Source of the DNA: Azolla caroliniana
Lineage: Eukaryota > Plantae > Polypodiophyta
Length of the DNA stretch: 64,000 nucleotides
Reading direction: 5' to 3'
Assembly (NCBI GenBank): GCA_043228905.1
Contig: JBHGNT010000008.1
Location: forward strand, 14,632,001 to 14,696,000
Position 1 is the first letter of the stretch. The number at the start of each line of letters is the position of its first letter. The notes under the pieces were generated by a model. It saw only the letters and a program-made list of their open reading frames with translations. It had not been told where the DNA came from and searched no databases. Shown piece after piece: positions 51,196 to 63,400 of the stretch. Made by a program: the position numbers and the translations under genes.

Positions 51196-51557
51196 TTTGC
51201 ATATTGAAAGAGTCATATATTAATCTCTTCCTCGTTAAAAAATGTTGTGATGTGAGAAATTATTGAGCATTTGAAGGAACTTCTTGTAATGATGGAGTAT
51301 TCATGATGATTGTTGATGAAATTTTATAATGTTTAAATAGAGAATAGCTATCAAACCAAATAATGTGCTATTGAGTCTTTATTAGTAAAAGAATATTCAT
51401 GATTTATGTGCAAATAAACATGAGCCACTACACTCACATATACATAACACATACATACATACATGCATACATACCATACATCTAAGATATACAACACATG
51501 CAATACAATACATACATAAATAAACATGGAATACAATACAATACATACATACATATG

Positions 51558-51600
<43 letters not shown>

Positions 51601-51815
51601 CCTATATATAAAATATATACAACATATGCAATACAATATGATACATTTCTATGTAAGGGCATTTAAAATGAGTTGTTGTCAAAATATATATTGGCAAGTC
51701 TAAGGGTTATTTTTATTAACCATTTTTTTATAGAAGGGTATCTAAAATAGTAAAAAATATATGTATAAGGGGTTTATAAAAGATGTCGTGAATGCACGTG
51801 ATACAACCTCTATAT

Positions 51816-52410
51816 TGTTGAGAACTCGACGTTCCTTATGTCCGACGCTCGGCCACAACCGAGATTCTTTTCATACACAGAAAAACAGGTAATGAAACGC
51901 GACACAAAAGGGAGAAATGGTACACAGGAGGTTTACGTGGAAAACCCCAAAATAGGGAAAAAACCACGGCAGCCCACAGGCTGCAAACTGTCACTATGTA
52001 GGAATATACAACAGTGAGTTCACTGAGGCAACGACCTCGTGCTCTCAGATCTTCGCCACAGGCGGCGGTTACAACAGAGGCAACGACCTCGTCTCTCTCT
52101 CTCTCTCTCTTTGTACAGTTACGCGCTCTCACTTCTTCTTGCACCAACAAGGAAGAATAACAACAACAAAAACGACACACTAAAAGTTTGCCCTAATTCA
52201 TATTTATACTAATATGACTTTTTGGCTATTTACAAATGTAGCCTCGATGGGCTCTCAGAAACATATTTACGAATATGTCTCTTCCTCCGGTTCATACCGG
52301 GCCTGCACCATCCGGCTCTCCGTAGTCGGGTACTCCCCATCCGGTTCATACCGTTTGTTCGTCGGCATTGTTCTTCTCCCTTCCCATCCGGAGGGACCTG
52401 TCTCCCAACA
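51816..52410 (-). mobile_element. Solo LTR of the copia A family
   Basis: TG..CA ends; perfect TSD TATAT at 51811-51815 and 52411-52415; homologous to 4077-4867. Confidence 0.92.
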
Positions 52411-52437
52411 TATATATATAGTGGAGTCCCCGGGGGG

Positions 52438-54327
52438 AAAAATTGCTGAGGAAAATATGATACCGGAGATGAAGAACGTGCAACTCAAGAAGTGAAAATA
52501 TAATACCGGAGATGAAAAATGTGCAACTCAAGAAGTGTATTGATTGGTTGGTCGACAAACAAAACCAAACCCCCTTCCAATTGAATTCCCCAATGAGGAA
52601 GAAAATGTTGTTGGAACTCGTGCATACAGATGTATGCTACGTGGATACAAAGTCGCATGTTGGTCCACAGTATTTCGTGACCTTCATAGAAGACTGTAGC
52701 CGGAAGTTGTGGGCTTTTGTGCTGAAGACGAAGGATCAAGTGTTATCCATCTTCAAAGAGTTCCAAGCGAGGGCCGAGAGGGAAACCGACCTACAACTAA
52801 AGGCAGTCCGAGCGGACAATGGCGGAGATTACCGCGGACCATTCGAAGAATATTGCCGAGCGCAAGGAATATGGCTCATGTATACTGTGCCGAAGATGCC
52901 AGAGCATAACGGGATAGCCGAGAGGATGAACCGGAACGTAATGGAGAGGGTCCAAAGTATGCTTGCACATGCAAAGTTACCGAAGATGTTCTGGGCTGAG
53001 GCGCTGATGACGATAACATATCTGATAAACTGATCACCCTCAGTACCATTGGATGGTGATATTCCACAATGGGTGTGGAGCGGCAAAGACGTTTCGTACC
53101 GACATTTGAGGGTGTTTGGCTGTCTTGCCTATGTGCATGTTGCAAAGGACCATATGGGGAAGTTGGACCCGAAATCTCGGCCATGTATATTTCTCGGCTA
53201 CGGCAACGACAAATTGGGCTATCGGCTATGGGACTTAGCCGAGAAGAAGGTGATTAGGAGCGGAGACATCATCTTCATGGAAGAGAAGAAGATTGTCGAT
53301 TGGGAGATTCAAAATAAGTCTCCAACTACTGAATTGAACCGAGTTAATGCTGGACTAAATCGAGTAGAAGTTGATTCAATCGAAATGGAATCCAAGCTAG
53401 TTGGCGTATCTAATACTCGGCAAAATCAAGAACTGACTGAAGAACAAGGGGAACCGGGTGAACGAGAGACCGAATTTGACTCGGCTGAGAAACGTAATTT
53501 GACCTTGCCGAATGGAGGCCGAAGATATCCCCTAAGAGAGAGAAGGCCCCCGCGAAGATTTCCTGAAAAGAAGCACGTACTATTAACCGATGAGGGGGAG
53601 CCGAAAAGCTTTGAAGAAGCTAAACGAGATACCCACAATTGAGAGTGGTTAAGTGACATGCAAGAGGAGATGAATTCCTTGCATGAGAACCACACATATG
53701 AATTGACCAAGTTGCCGAAGGAGAGAAGGGCACTCTGGAATAAGTGGCTTCCAACAGAAGAAAGGTGTCGATTTCGACGAGATATTTTCCCTAGTAGTGA
53801 AGATGACGTCAATCCGAACAATGTTGAGCATAGCGGCCAACATGGATCTCGAAGTCGAGCAACTGGACGTCAAGTCTACCTTCCTCCATGGCGATTTGGA
53901 GGAAGAGATATACATGCACTATTTGGAAGGATATGTGGAGAAAGGTAAAGACAACCTCGTATGCCAATTGAGGAAGAGCTTATATGGGCTAAAGCAAGCA
54001 CCTCAGCAATGGTACCGAAAATTTGAATCCTTCATTACCGACAACGGGTACCACAAAACACAAGCCGATCCCTACGTGTTTGTGAAGAAGTTTGATGGAG
54101 GAAATTTCCTCATACTCCTGCTGTACGTGGACGACACACTAATTGTTGAACGAGACCCGAGGAAAATCAGAAGCTTGAAGAAGGCCTTCAGAATGTCATT
54201 CTCGATGAAAGATATGGGTCCGGCAAAACAAAACTTGGGTATGCACATTGTTTGGGATTGAACAAAGAAATTATTATGGTTTTCACAAGAGAAGTACGTG
54301 ACAAACGTGCTCCAAAGATTCAATACA
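52438..54327 (+). mobile_element. Copia B, 3' part (integrase-RT), truncated; contains a 43-bp tandem duplication at 52451-52536
   Basis: IAEENMIPEMKNVQLKKC...LELVHTDV...LLLYVDD; collinear with copia A downstream of the 26712 breakpoint. Confidence 0.92.
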
Positions 54328-54590
54328 ACCACAATGTGCACTCTCAATTGCAACATTCATTGGTAAAGTTCTTCAACATCGAGAGTTTCTACTCACTTTC
54401 ACACATATCACATGAATGTAATATTTTAGCTCTCATAGGTCATATTTGACCTCCGAAGACGATAATATAATCTCTCTCTCTCTCTCTCCCTCTCTCTTTA
54501 TGTTTGTCTATCTGTCAGTCTCTCTTTCTCTCTCTCTCTCCCTCTCTCTCTATGTTTGTCTATCAGTCAGTCTCTCTCTCTCTCTTCTTT
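54328..54590 (+). mobile_element. 3' end of an RTEX-like LINE with a TC-rich microsatellite tail
   Basis: 54328-54470 matches the reverse complement of ~32452-32595. Confidence 0.85.
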
Positions 54591-54599
54591 GGTCTGTTC

Positions 54600-55364
54600 T
54601 TTGTAATGCTGCTGCCAACGACTCTTTCTACTGCCTACCGTCATCACCGTCTGTAGCCGCCGTTGTAGCCGTTGATGTTGCCATCGCCGTCGTCTGTCGT
54701 CGCCACTGATGTCGTCGTCATCTGTAGTCGTCGCTGCCATCGTCTGATGTCATTGTTGTCATCGTCGTCGTTTTCCGCCATGGTTGTTTGGTTTGTATTC
54801 TTTGCCGCTATTGTCGTTATCGACCACCGCTATCACCTACACTTCTGACGACGTCGCCGGTTGATAAACGAGAGAGTATAAATGTGCTTCTACACTTGTA
54901 CCTAGCGCGCAAGGCACCGATGCTCGGCTAAGTTTTTTGTCATTTTTGTCTTTTCTTTCTTTTATCTTTTAAATTACAACATGACTTCTAGACGAAACCA
55001 TAATGAAACACACGAAGAAATTATAAATAAGGAAGAAATTTTAGATGTCTTAACTATTTAGTTAAAATAGAAAAATGGGCGAAAGAGATTAAAGCTGAAA
55101 AACAAAAAGATACGGAAGAAAAAGAAGTGCTTATTGCTGAAATAATGAAACTTAAAGTAGACAACACGAACCTTCAAATACAAGCTAAGGACCTTGAGAC
55201 ATCTAGGGATGATGGTGAAATATCTTCCCTACAGGGTATTAAGGAGGAGATAAAAAAGGTTAAGGAAGAGGTTAAAAGCGATATGGAATTAGCAAAAATT
55301 GGGTGAGTTGATGTACTAAACGTAATATTAAAATGGAACTAAAGAATGAAAATATTGTAAACAC
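54600..55364 (+). mobile_element. Probable 5' UTR and decayed coiled-coil ORF1 of another LINE
   Basis: GTC-rich leader; ATG at 54981; E/K-rich coiled coil ending in *VDV, compare SWADV in ORF1 at ~36170. Confidence 0.45.
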
Positions 55365-55528
55365 TGTTAGGAAACAGGTCCCTCCGGATGGGCCTCGGCC
55401 GAAACCGGATGTGTTGTACCCGGCAAGCGCCGGATGACAAGTACCCGGCTACGGAAGACCCGGTGAGAACCGGATGAGGAGTACCCGGCTACGGAAGACC
55501 CGGTGTGAACCGGATGAGGAGTACCCGG

Positions 55529-58500
55529 TGTCGCGAAAATACGATGAGGACACGCGAACTTGAGGCAGGACCTCGGGGCCTCCGACTAGAGGATAATCAC
55601 ATTCGTGCGTTTATATTTTTAACAATTAACGGAAAGAGTAAATTTAATAATTTTCATTAACAAAGGGAAAAGAAATTACAATTTGTCCCAAGATTGAGAC
55701 TTAGATGTTTTAGGTTTACTAAGATTAATAGAAAAGAAAAATTAGGGGTTTTGAGAGATATGGCTTCCGTAGGGAAAATTAGGATTAGGTTATATGAGTA
55801 TTATGGCTTCCGTAGGGAAGATTAGGGTTTTTGAGTGTTATGGCTTCCGTAGGGAAGATTAGGGTTTTTGAGTGTTATGACTTCCGTAGGGAAGATTAGG
55901 GTTTATGAGAGATATGGCTTCCCTAAGATAAGGGAGTTGAGAAGGAAAAGAAAAATATGGAGAGAGTCTGAGTGTAGGAAACCAAATGGAATATATATGG
56001 AGTTCTCCCTTGATCATAGCCTTTCCACTTTTTGTTGCATGGCCTCTACTTTTAGTTGCTTAGCTTTTTCTTTTAGTTGCATCTATTTTTAGTTGCTTAG
56101 CTTTTTCTTTTAGTTGCATCTATTTTTAGTTGCATGGCTTTTTCGTTTAGTTGCATGTGACCGTGCACATGACCTTTACTTTTTGCATGCACTCCAACTT
56201 TAGTTGCTTGTGTCCACATGGCCTTTACTTTAATTCTCTTCACTTTACTTTAGTTTGTTGCATGATCCCATCTTCCGTCCGCCCGCGTCCAACCTCGTCT
56301 GGTAGCCAGTTCCGCCCGAGTGCCGAATCCCTCGCCGACCGGTTCCATTTTGCTTGCCGGTTGTAGTTCCGGTTTTGCTTGCCGGCCAATTCTGGTTCCG
56401 ATTTTGGTTGCCAGTTCCGGTTCTAGTTTTGCTTACTGGCCGGTTTCTTGTTTGCATACCGGCCGGTTTCCGGTTCCGGTTTGCTTGCCGGCTTGTTTCC
56501 GGTTTGCATACCGGCCGGTTTCCGGATTTGTTTACCGGACCCGTTTTCCGGATTTGCTTACCGGCCAGTTTCTGGATTTGTTTACCGGACTCGTTTTCCG
56601 AATTTGCTTACCAGCCGGTTTCCGGATTTGTTTACCGGACGATTTCCAGTTTTAGGGTATTTGGCCACCATCATCCATCAAGACAAACTGGCCAAAGTGC
56701 TCTTAGCACAAATGAAAATTGAGGGAGCTCAAGGTGCTTATATAGCCAGGGCCTTAACTTCCCTATATATGTGGGATAGTTCTAATTTCCCTATCTTCTC
56801 AAACTTTATTTTCACATAACTTGATATGTATTTCTCCATTTTGTATATAGTAGAAAACGTTTTGAAGCTCTTGAGTATATAATCTTTCTATAGTAAGCTA
56901 CTAATCTAATCTATAATAATTATTTCATTATTTTTTTACATAGTGTGTGAAGATTCACACGACATTCGCCCCCACTAAACCTGCACATCCACCGGTATGT
57001 GCCAATTGTGATGAGGCTCCATTTTTGTTTACTTTAATTTTTCGTTGATGTACCACAATCGCCATTGCCATCCGATCCACCATATTCTTCGTTTACTCTT
57101 TGCATTTCCATAACCGGTTGTCATGGCTCTCTTTGCTCCTATTGAGCATAATGCTTTATGCCTCGTGCATGTGTCACCTTCATTTCGACCATCTCCTTGG
57201 TCATTTAACTTTCTTTTATCATTCTTTCTTGTTCCATGCATGTCTTTCAAAGGCCTTATCGAAGTACTATTGTTGAGTACTCTTAGCGATTCATTATTTA
57301 GCGTCATGCTCTCCTCTAGGTGCTTAAGTGACCACACCACATGTTTCCCACTTTGTCCACTTTCTTGGTATACTCTTGTGTTGGAATTGACCATGACTTC
57401 TACGCTACTATTATCCTTGTTAGATTTTGTGATTACATCTTTCGTATCCGCTTGGCCCACTTGGCCCACACTTTTGATTTTTGAGGTTTGCATGGTCTCT
57501 TTGTCACACACATTTGCTTTTGTCTTCATGCTTTGCTTGACCTCTTTGTCGTACACATGGACTTTCGTCATTTTGCTTTGCTTTACTTCCTCGTTGCACA
57601 CATTGGCTTTAACCCTTGCTTCCTCGCTGCCATCGTCCTTCGCTTGGGTCTTACATCGATTAATGCCCAAGTCTCTCAAACAAGTGTGGAGGAATTTTGT
57701 AGTTTGGCATTGCCTTTGTCGTGCTACTCTTTGCCACTTCCATCTTATGGTTGTTCATGTTGGAGTTGATCTTTGTTTTCTCACCGCCACCTTCCGTCTC
57801 TTGGTCTTACATCGGTTAATGCCCAAGTCTCAAGAACCTTTGTGGGGAGAGTCTCTTCATCATCATCGTCTACCCTCTTTGGCTTGACGTCTCTTTCTTC
57901 TTTGCATGTGTTAGCCTCGGCCTTCACTTCCTCGCCGCCACCTTCTGTCTCTTGGGTCTCATGTTTGCTTTCCGACGCATCTGCCCAAGTCTCTAGAACA
58001 AGTGTGGAAAAAGTCTTGACACGGCCATCCGCCATTGACTGGTCTTTAGCCACCTCTGACTCAATGTCGTTTCTCGTGGCTACCTCCTCAATCATGTTGA
58101 CGTTACACTTTTCATCTCCCTTGATCATGTAAGCTTTGCTCATGCTAGCACCTTCATCACTTGATGTTTCAGACACAATGTGTGTTCCAAAACATTTGCC
58201 CTTACTTGAAGTGGCATTCGCCACCCTCGATTCATTTGTTTCATTCTTCGCCATTGTTTCTTTGCAAGACGAGAAGGCTTCTTGTTCCACATCTTCTCCC
58301 ATGGTTACATTGTGGTACCGAACTTGGGCCTTTGCATCAACCGTAACATTAATCCGCATTTTTTGGGAGGCCTCTTCTTCCTCGCTCATCATTTGCTTCA
58401 ATTTTTGCTCCTTTTAAAGCTTCTCTTCAGCCTCAACTTGCGCCTTTAAGTTCTCGAATGCCTCTTCCATCAAGACTTCTATGTCGAGTATTGTTGAATC

Positions 58501-60243
58501 TTCCCTCTTCGAGTATTGTTGAATCTTCCCTCTTCGCTCATCATTTGCACCATCATCATCCTCAAATCAGATTCCAATGGTATTCCTTTCCTTCTGATCG
58601 ATTGACTTCACAAACATTAGGACTTTTTCCACCCCCACCAATCTTTGATCCCGCTCCGAGAGTTGTGCAAAGCGACACTCGAACTCAACGAAAGCATGCA
58701 TGACACTTTGGTGGGTCTTTAATGATGACACCCATTGATTGAACTCGTATAGTTTGCATCTCTTCGGCTCTTTGTATCTATATGCCTCCATGAGATATCC
58801 TCCTACCGCCTTGATTCACGTCGGGTTCACCAAAGATGTCGCGAAAATATGATGAGGACACACGAACTTGAGGCAGGACCCCGGGGCCTCCGACCAAAGG
58901 ATAATCACATTCGTGCGTTTATATTTTTAACAATTAACGGAAAGAGTAAATTTAATAATTTTCATTAACAAAGGAAAAAGAAATTACAATTTGTCCCAAG
59001 ATTGAGATTTAGATGTTTTCGGTTTACTAAGATTAATAGAAAAGAAAAATTAGGGGTTTTGAGAGATATTGCTTCCGTAGGGAAAATTAGGATTAGGTTA
59101 TATGAGTATTATGGCTTCCGTAGGGAAGATTAGGGTTTTTGAGTGTTATGGCTTTCGTAGGGAAGATTAGGGATTTTGAGTGTTATGACTTCCGTAGGGA
59201 AGATTAGGGTTTATGAGAGATATGGCTTCCCTAAGATAAGGGAGTTGAGAAGGAAAAGAAAAATAAGATAATATGGAGAGAGTCCGAGTGTAGGAAACCA
59301 AATGGAATATATATGGAGTTCTCCCTTGATCATAGTCTTTCTACTTTTTGTTGCATGGCCTCTACTTTTAGTTGCTTAGCTTTTTCTTTTAGTTTCATCT
59401 ATTTTTAGTTGCATGGCTTTTTCGTTTAGTTGCATGTGACCGTCCACATGACCTTTACTTTTTGAATGCACTCCAACTTTAGTTGCTTGTGTCCACATGG
59501 CCTTTACTTTAATTCTCTTCACTTTACTTTAGTTTGTTGCATGATCCCATCTTCCGTCCATCCGCGTCCAACCTCGTCCGGTAGCCGATTCCGCCCGATC
59601 GTCGAATCCCTCGTCGGCCGGTTCCATTTTGCTTGCCGGTTGCGGTTCTGGTTTTGCTTGTCGGACGGTTGCGGTTCTGGTTTTGCTTATCGGCCGATTC
59701 CGGTTCTGGTTTTGCTTACCGGCCGGTTTCTGGTTTGCTTGCCGGTTCTGGTTCCGATTTTGCTTACCGGCCTGTTTCCGGTTTGCATATCGGCCGGTTT
59801 CCGGATTTGCTTACCGGACCCGTTTTCTGGATTTGCTTACCGGCCAGTTTCCGGATTTGTTTACCGGACCCGTTTTCTAGATTTGCTTATCGGCCGGTTT
59901 CCGAATTTGATTACCGACCAGTTTCCGGTTTTAGGGAATTTGGCCACCATCATCCATCAAGACAAACTGGCCAAAGTGCTCTTAGCGCAAATGAAAATTG
60001 AGGTAGCTCAAGGTGCTTATATAGCCAGGGCCTTAACTTTCCTATATATGTGGGATAGTTCTAATTTCCCTATCTTCTCAAACTTTATTTTCACATCACT
60101 TGATATGTATTTCTCCATTTTGTATATAGTAGAAAACGTTTTGCAGCTCTTGAGTATATCATCTTTCTATAGTAAGCTACTAATCAAATCTATAATAATT
60201 ATTTCATTATTTTTTTACATAGTGTGTGAAGATTCACACGACA
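55529..60243 (-). mobile_element. Non-autonomous LTR element (LARD-like) with 1.4-kb LTRs, a tRNA-Trp PBS and a 4-bp TSD
   Basis: LTRs 55529-56964 and 58837-60243; PPT-like AGTGGGGGCGAA(-) at 56965-56976; TSD CCGG; 1.87-kb interior with only broken gag-like/coiled-coil ORFs. Confidence 0.92.
58813..58832 (-). promoter_or_regulatory. Primer-binding site complementary to the tRNA-Trp 3' end
   Basis: GATTCACGTCGGGTTCACCA equals the plant cytosolic tRNA-Trp 3' end as recalled; 4 nt from the LTR. Confidence 0.8.
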
Positions 60244-60470
60244 CCGGCAAGTGCCGGAGGAGGAAGGCCCGGTGAGAAGTGCTCACTGGATGATGGGACA
60301 TATTTGTAAATATGTTTCTGAGAGTCCATCAGGGCTATATTTGTAAATTGCCGAAAAGTCATATTGGTATAAATATGACTTAGAGCAAATAGAGAACATA
60401 GTAGTTGTTGTCATTCTTGTTGGTCTAAGAAGAGAGCGCGCGTAACAGTGTACAGAGAGAGAGAGAGAAA

Positions 60471-63400
60471 TGACGGGAACTCAACGCTCCTTATGCGCTA
60501 CGCTCGGCCGCAACCGAGCTTAGAATGATACACAGAAAAAACGGGAACAAATGTACGCGACACAAAGGAGAGAAAAGGTACACAGAATGTTTACGTGGAA
60601 AACCCAAAGAGGGAAAAACCACGGCAGCCCACAGGCTGCAAACTATCACTATGTTGGAATGTACAAAACAGTGAGTTCACGGAGGCAACGACCTCGTCTC
60701 ACGATCTTCGCCACAGGCGGCGGTTACAACAGAGGCAACAACCTCTTTCTTTTTCTCTCTCTCTGTACACTGTTACGTGTTCTCTCTTCTTCTTGCACCA
60801 ACAAGAAAATGACAACCACTCACTCCACATATTTGCCCTAAGTCATATTTATACTAATATGACTTTTTGGCTATTTACAAATATAGCCACGATGGGCTCT
60901 CAGAAACATATTTACGAATATGTCTCTTCCTCCGGTTCTCACCGGGTATGCGTCATCCGGCTCTCCGTAGCCGGGTGTTCCTCATCCGGTTCACACCGGG
61001 TCTGCACCATCCGGCTCTCCGTAGCCGGGTACTCCTCATCCGGTTCACACCGGGTCTGCACCATCTGGCTCTCCGTAGCCGGGTACTCCTCATCCGGTTG
61101 ACACCGGGTCTGCACCATCCTGCTCTCCGTAGCCGGGTACTCCTCATCCGGTTCACACCGGGTCTGCACCATCCGGCTCTCCGTAGCCGGGTACTTATCT
61201 TCTTGTTTCAGCCTCAGCGTAGATTGTTCGTCGGCACTGTTCTTCTCCCTTCCCATCCGGAGGAACCTGTCTCCTAACAAACTCCCCCTTCACTCCGGCA
61301 TGGGGTGTCTTATTAGTCCGATCCGCTTCCGGCATGCATCCAGCTTGTCGGGTATGAGAACTTTGGTTAGCATATCTGACCCGTTCTCAGCCGTATGGAT
61401 CTTCGTCAGCGCGAACTCCTAGTCATCTACTCTTTCCCGGATCCAGTGATATCTTCGCTGGATATGCTTCGACCGAGAATGGTAGGCCGCATTCTTTGCA
61501 AGGTGGATGGCACTTTGACTGTCACAATAGAGTCGGTATTCCTCTTGCCGGATACCGAGCTCTCCGATGAAGTCCTTCATCCATAATATTTCGTTGCCGG
61601 CTTCCACAGCCGCCATGTACTCCGCCTCTGTGGTTGACAATGCAACCGTCTTCTGCAGCCTCGACTGCCACGAAATAGCTCCCCCTACATAAGTCATTAC
61701 ATACCCGGATGTAGACCGACTAGTATCCACATCAGCCGACATGTCCGAGTCGGTGAAACCGTCAAGTTGAGGTCTTCCGAAGCCGAATCGGAGACACATC
61801 TTCGAAGTTCCCTTCAAATACCAGAGTATCCATTTGACCGCGTTCCAGTGCTCCTTGCTGGGATTGCTCATAAACTGGCTCACCACTCCGACTGCGTATC
61901 CTATATCCGGTCGGGTACACACCATTGCGTACATCAAGCTCCCGACGGCAGAAGCATATGGGATCTTCATCATATCCGCCTTCTCTGCTTTCGTCTTCGG
62001 GCTTTGCTTGCCCGATAGCTTGCAGTTTGCCGGAAGTGTCGATCCGACCGGTTTCGCATCTGACATGTTGAACCGGTGAAGCACCTTTGTCACGTACTTC
62101 TCCTGTGATAGCCATAATTGCTTCTTTGACTGGTTCCGGATGATGTGCATCCCCAACATCTGTCTTGCCGGACCCAAGTCTTTCATTGAGAAGGTCCGGT
62201 TGAGAGCCTTCTTCAGCATCCGTATTTTGACTTGGTCCCGTCCGACGATCAACATGTCATCCACGTACAGAAGGAGTATTAGGAAGTCGCCTCCTTCGAA
62301 CTTCTTCACAAACATAGTGATCGGCTTGTGTCTTGTGGTACCCTTGATCGGTCATGAAGGAGTCGAACTTCTGGTACCATTGCCAGGGGGCCTGCTTCAA
62401 CCCGTAGAGACTCTTCTTCAACCGGCATACCAGGTGCTCCATCCCTTTCTCCACAAATCCCTCCGGTTGTTGCATGTAGATCTCCTCTTCGAGGTCGCCG
62501 TGAAGGAATGCCGTCTTCACGTCCAGCTGCTCTACCTCAAGGTCCATGCTTGCCGCTATACTCAGCACCATCCGGATGGAGGTCATCTTTACTACCGGGG
62601 CAAATATCTCGTCGAAGTCCACACCCTTCTTCTACTGGAACCCCTTCACCACGATCCTGGCTTTGTATCTCGGGGGGTTGCCGGCATCTCCCGGTTTCAA
62701 CTTGTACACCCACTTGTTTCGGAGTGCCCGCTTTCCTTTCGGCAACTCCACCAATTCGTACGTATGGTTCTCATGAAGGGAATCCATCTCGTCCTGCATG
62801 GCACTTAACCATTTTTGGTTGTGGGTGTCATCCTCCGCTTCTATGAAGCTTTCGGGCTCCCCCTCATCGGTCAGCAGAACATGCTCTGCATCTGGAAATC
62901 TCCGGGGGGCCCTTCTCTCTCTGAGAGGATATCTCCGTCTTTGGGCTTCGGTAGCCGGCTCCTCCATCTGCTCTTCATCCGAATCTGATTCGGGGTCTTG
63001 GCCGGTTCCGGTCTCAGCTTCCTCACCGTAACCGGCTGGTTCCTCGAGTGCTAACTGGTCTCTTGCCGGTTGGGTCTACTCATCGTTGAGTCTATCCTTA
63101 CCGGTCGACTCGGAGTTCATTATCTTCTTCTCCGACTCCCAGTCGGCGAGCGTCTTGTCCTCCATGAAGATAATATCTCGACTCCGGAATACCTTCTTGT
63201 CGATCGGGTCCCACACTCGGTAGCCGAACTCATCATCACCGTAACTGAGGAATATGCATGGCCGGGTCTTTGGATCTAACTATCCTCTCCGGTCCTGAGC
63301 TACATGCACGTACGCGAGACACCCGAACACCTTCAGATGTCGGTAGGATAATTCCTTACCGGTCCACACTCTCTGTGGCGTGTCTCCGTCCAAGGGTACT

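Larger units (their letters stand above)
26713..52437. mobile_element. Putative giant (~25.7 kb) non-autonomous TIR element with gene-fragment cargo and nested retroelements
   Basis: Left end CCCCGGGGGCTTTACTGT versus reverse complement of 52418-52435 CCCCGGGGACTCCACTAT (14/18, all transitions); flanks CGAAAA/GGAAAA; removal rejoins copia B in frame (MRK-IAEENMIP). Confidence 0.72.
55365..60470 (+). mobile_element. Copia A-family LTR (55365-55528 plus 60244-60470), split by an LTR element and cut by copia E
   Basis: Starts TGTTAGGAAACAGGTCCCTCCGGATGGG; homology to the copia A LTR resumes at 60244. Confidence 0.85.

Noticed and set aside
58813-58832. tRNA-Trp gene
   Set aside because: Only the 3' 20 nt including CCA are present, next to an LTR: a PBS, with no cloverleaf.
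59466-60275. 269-aa ORF and similar ORFs at 56320-56819
   Set aside because: They lie in the CCGG-repeat part of the LTRs and the frame is not conserved between the two LTRs.
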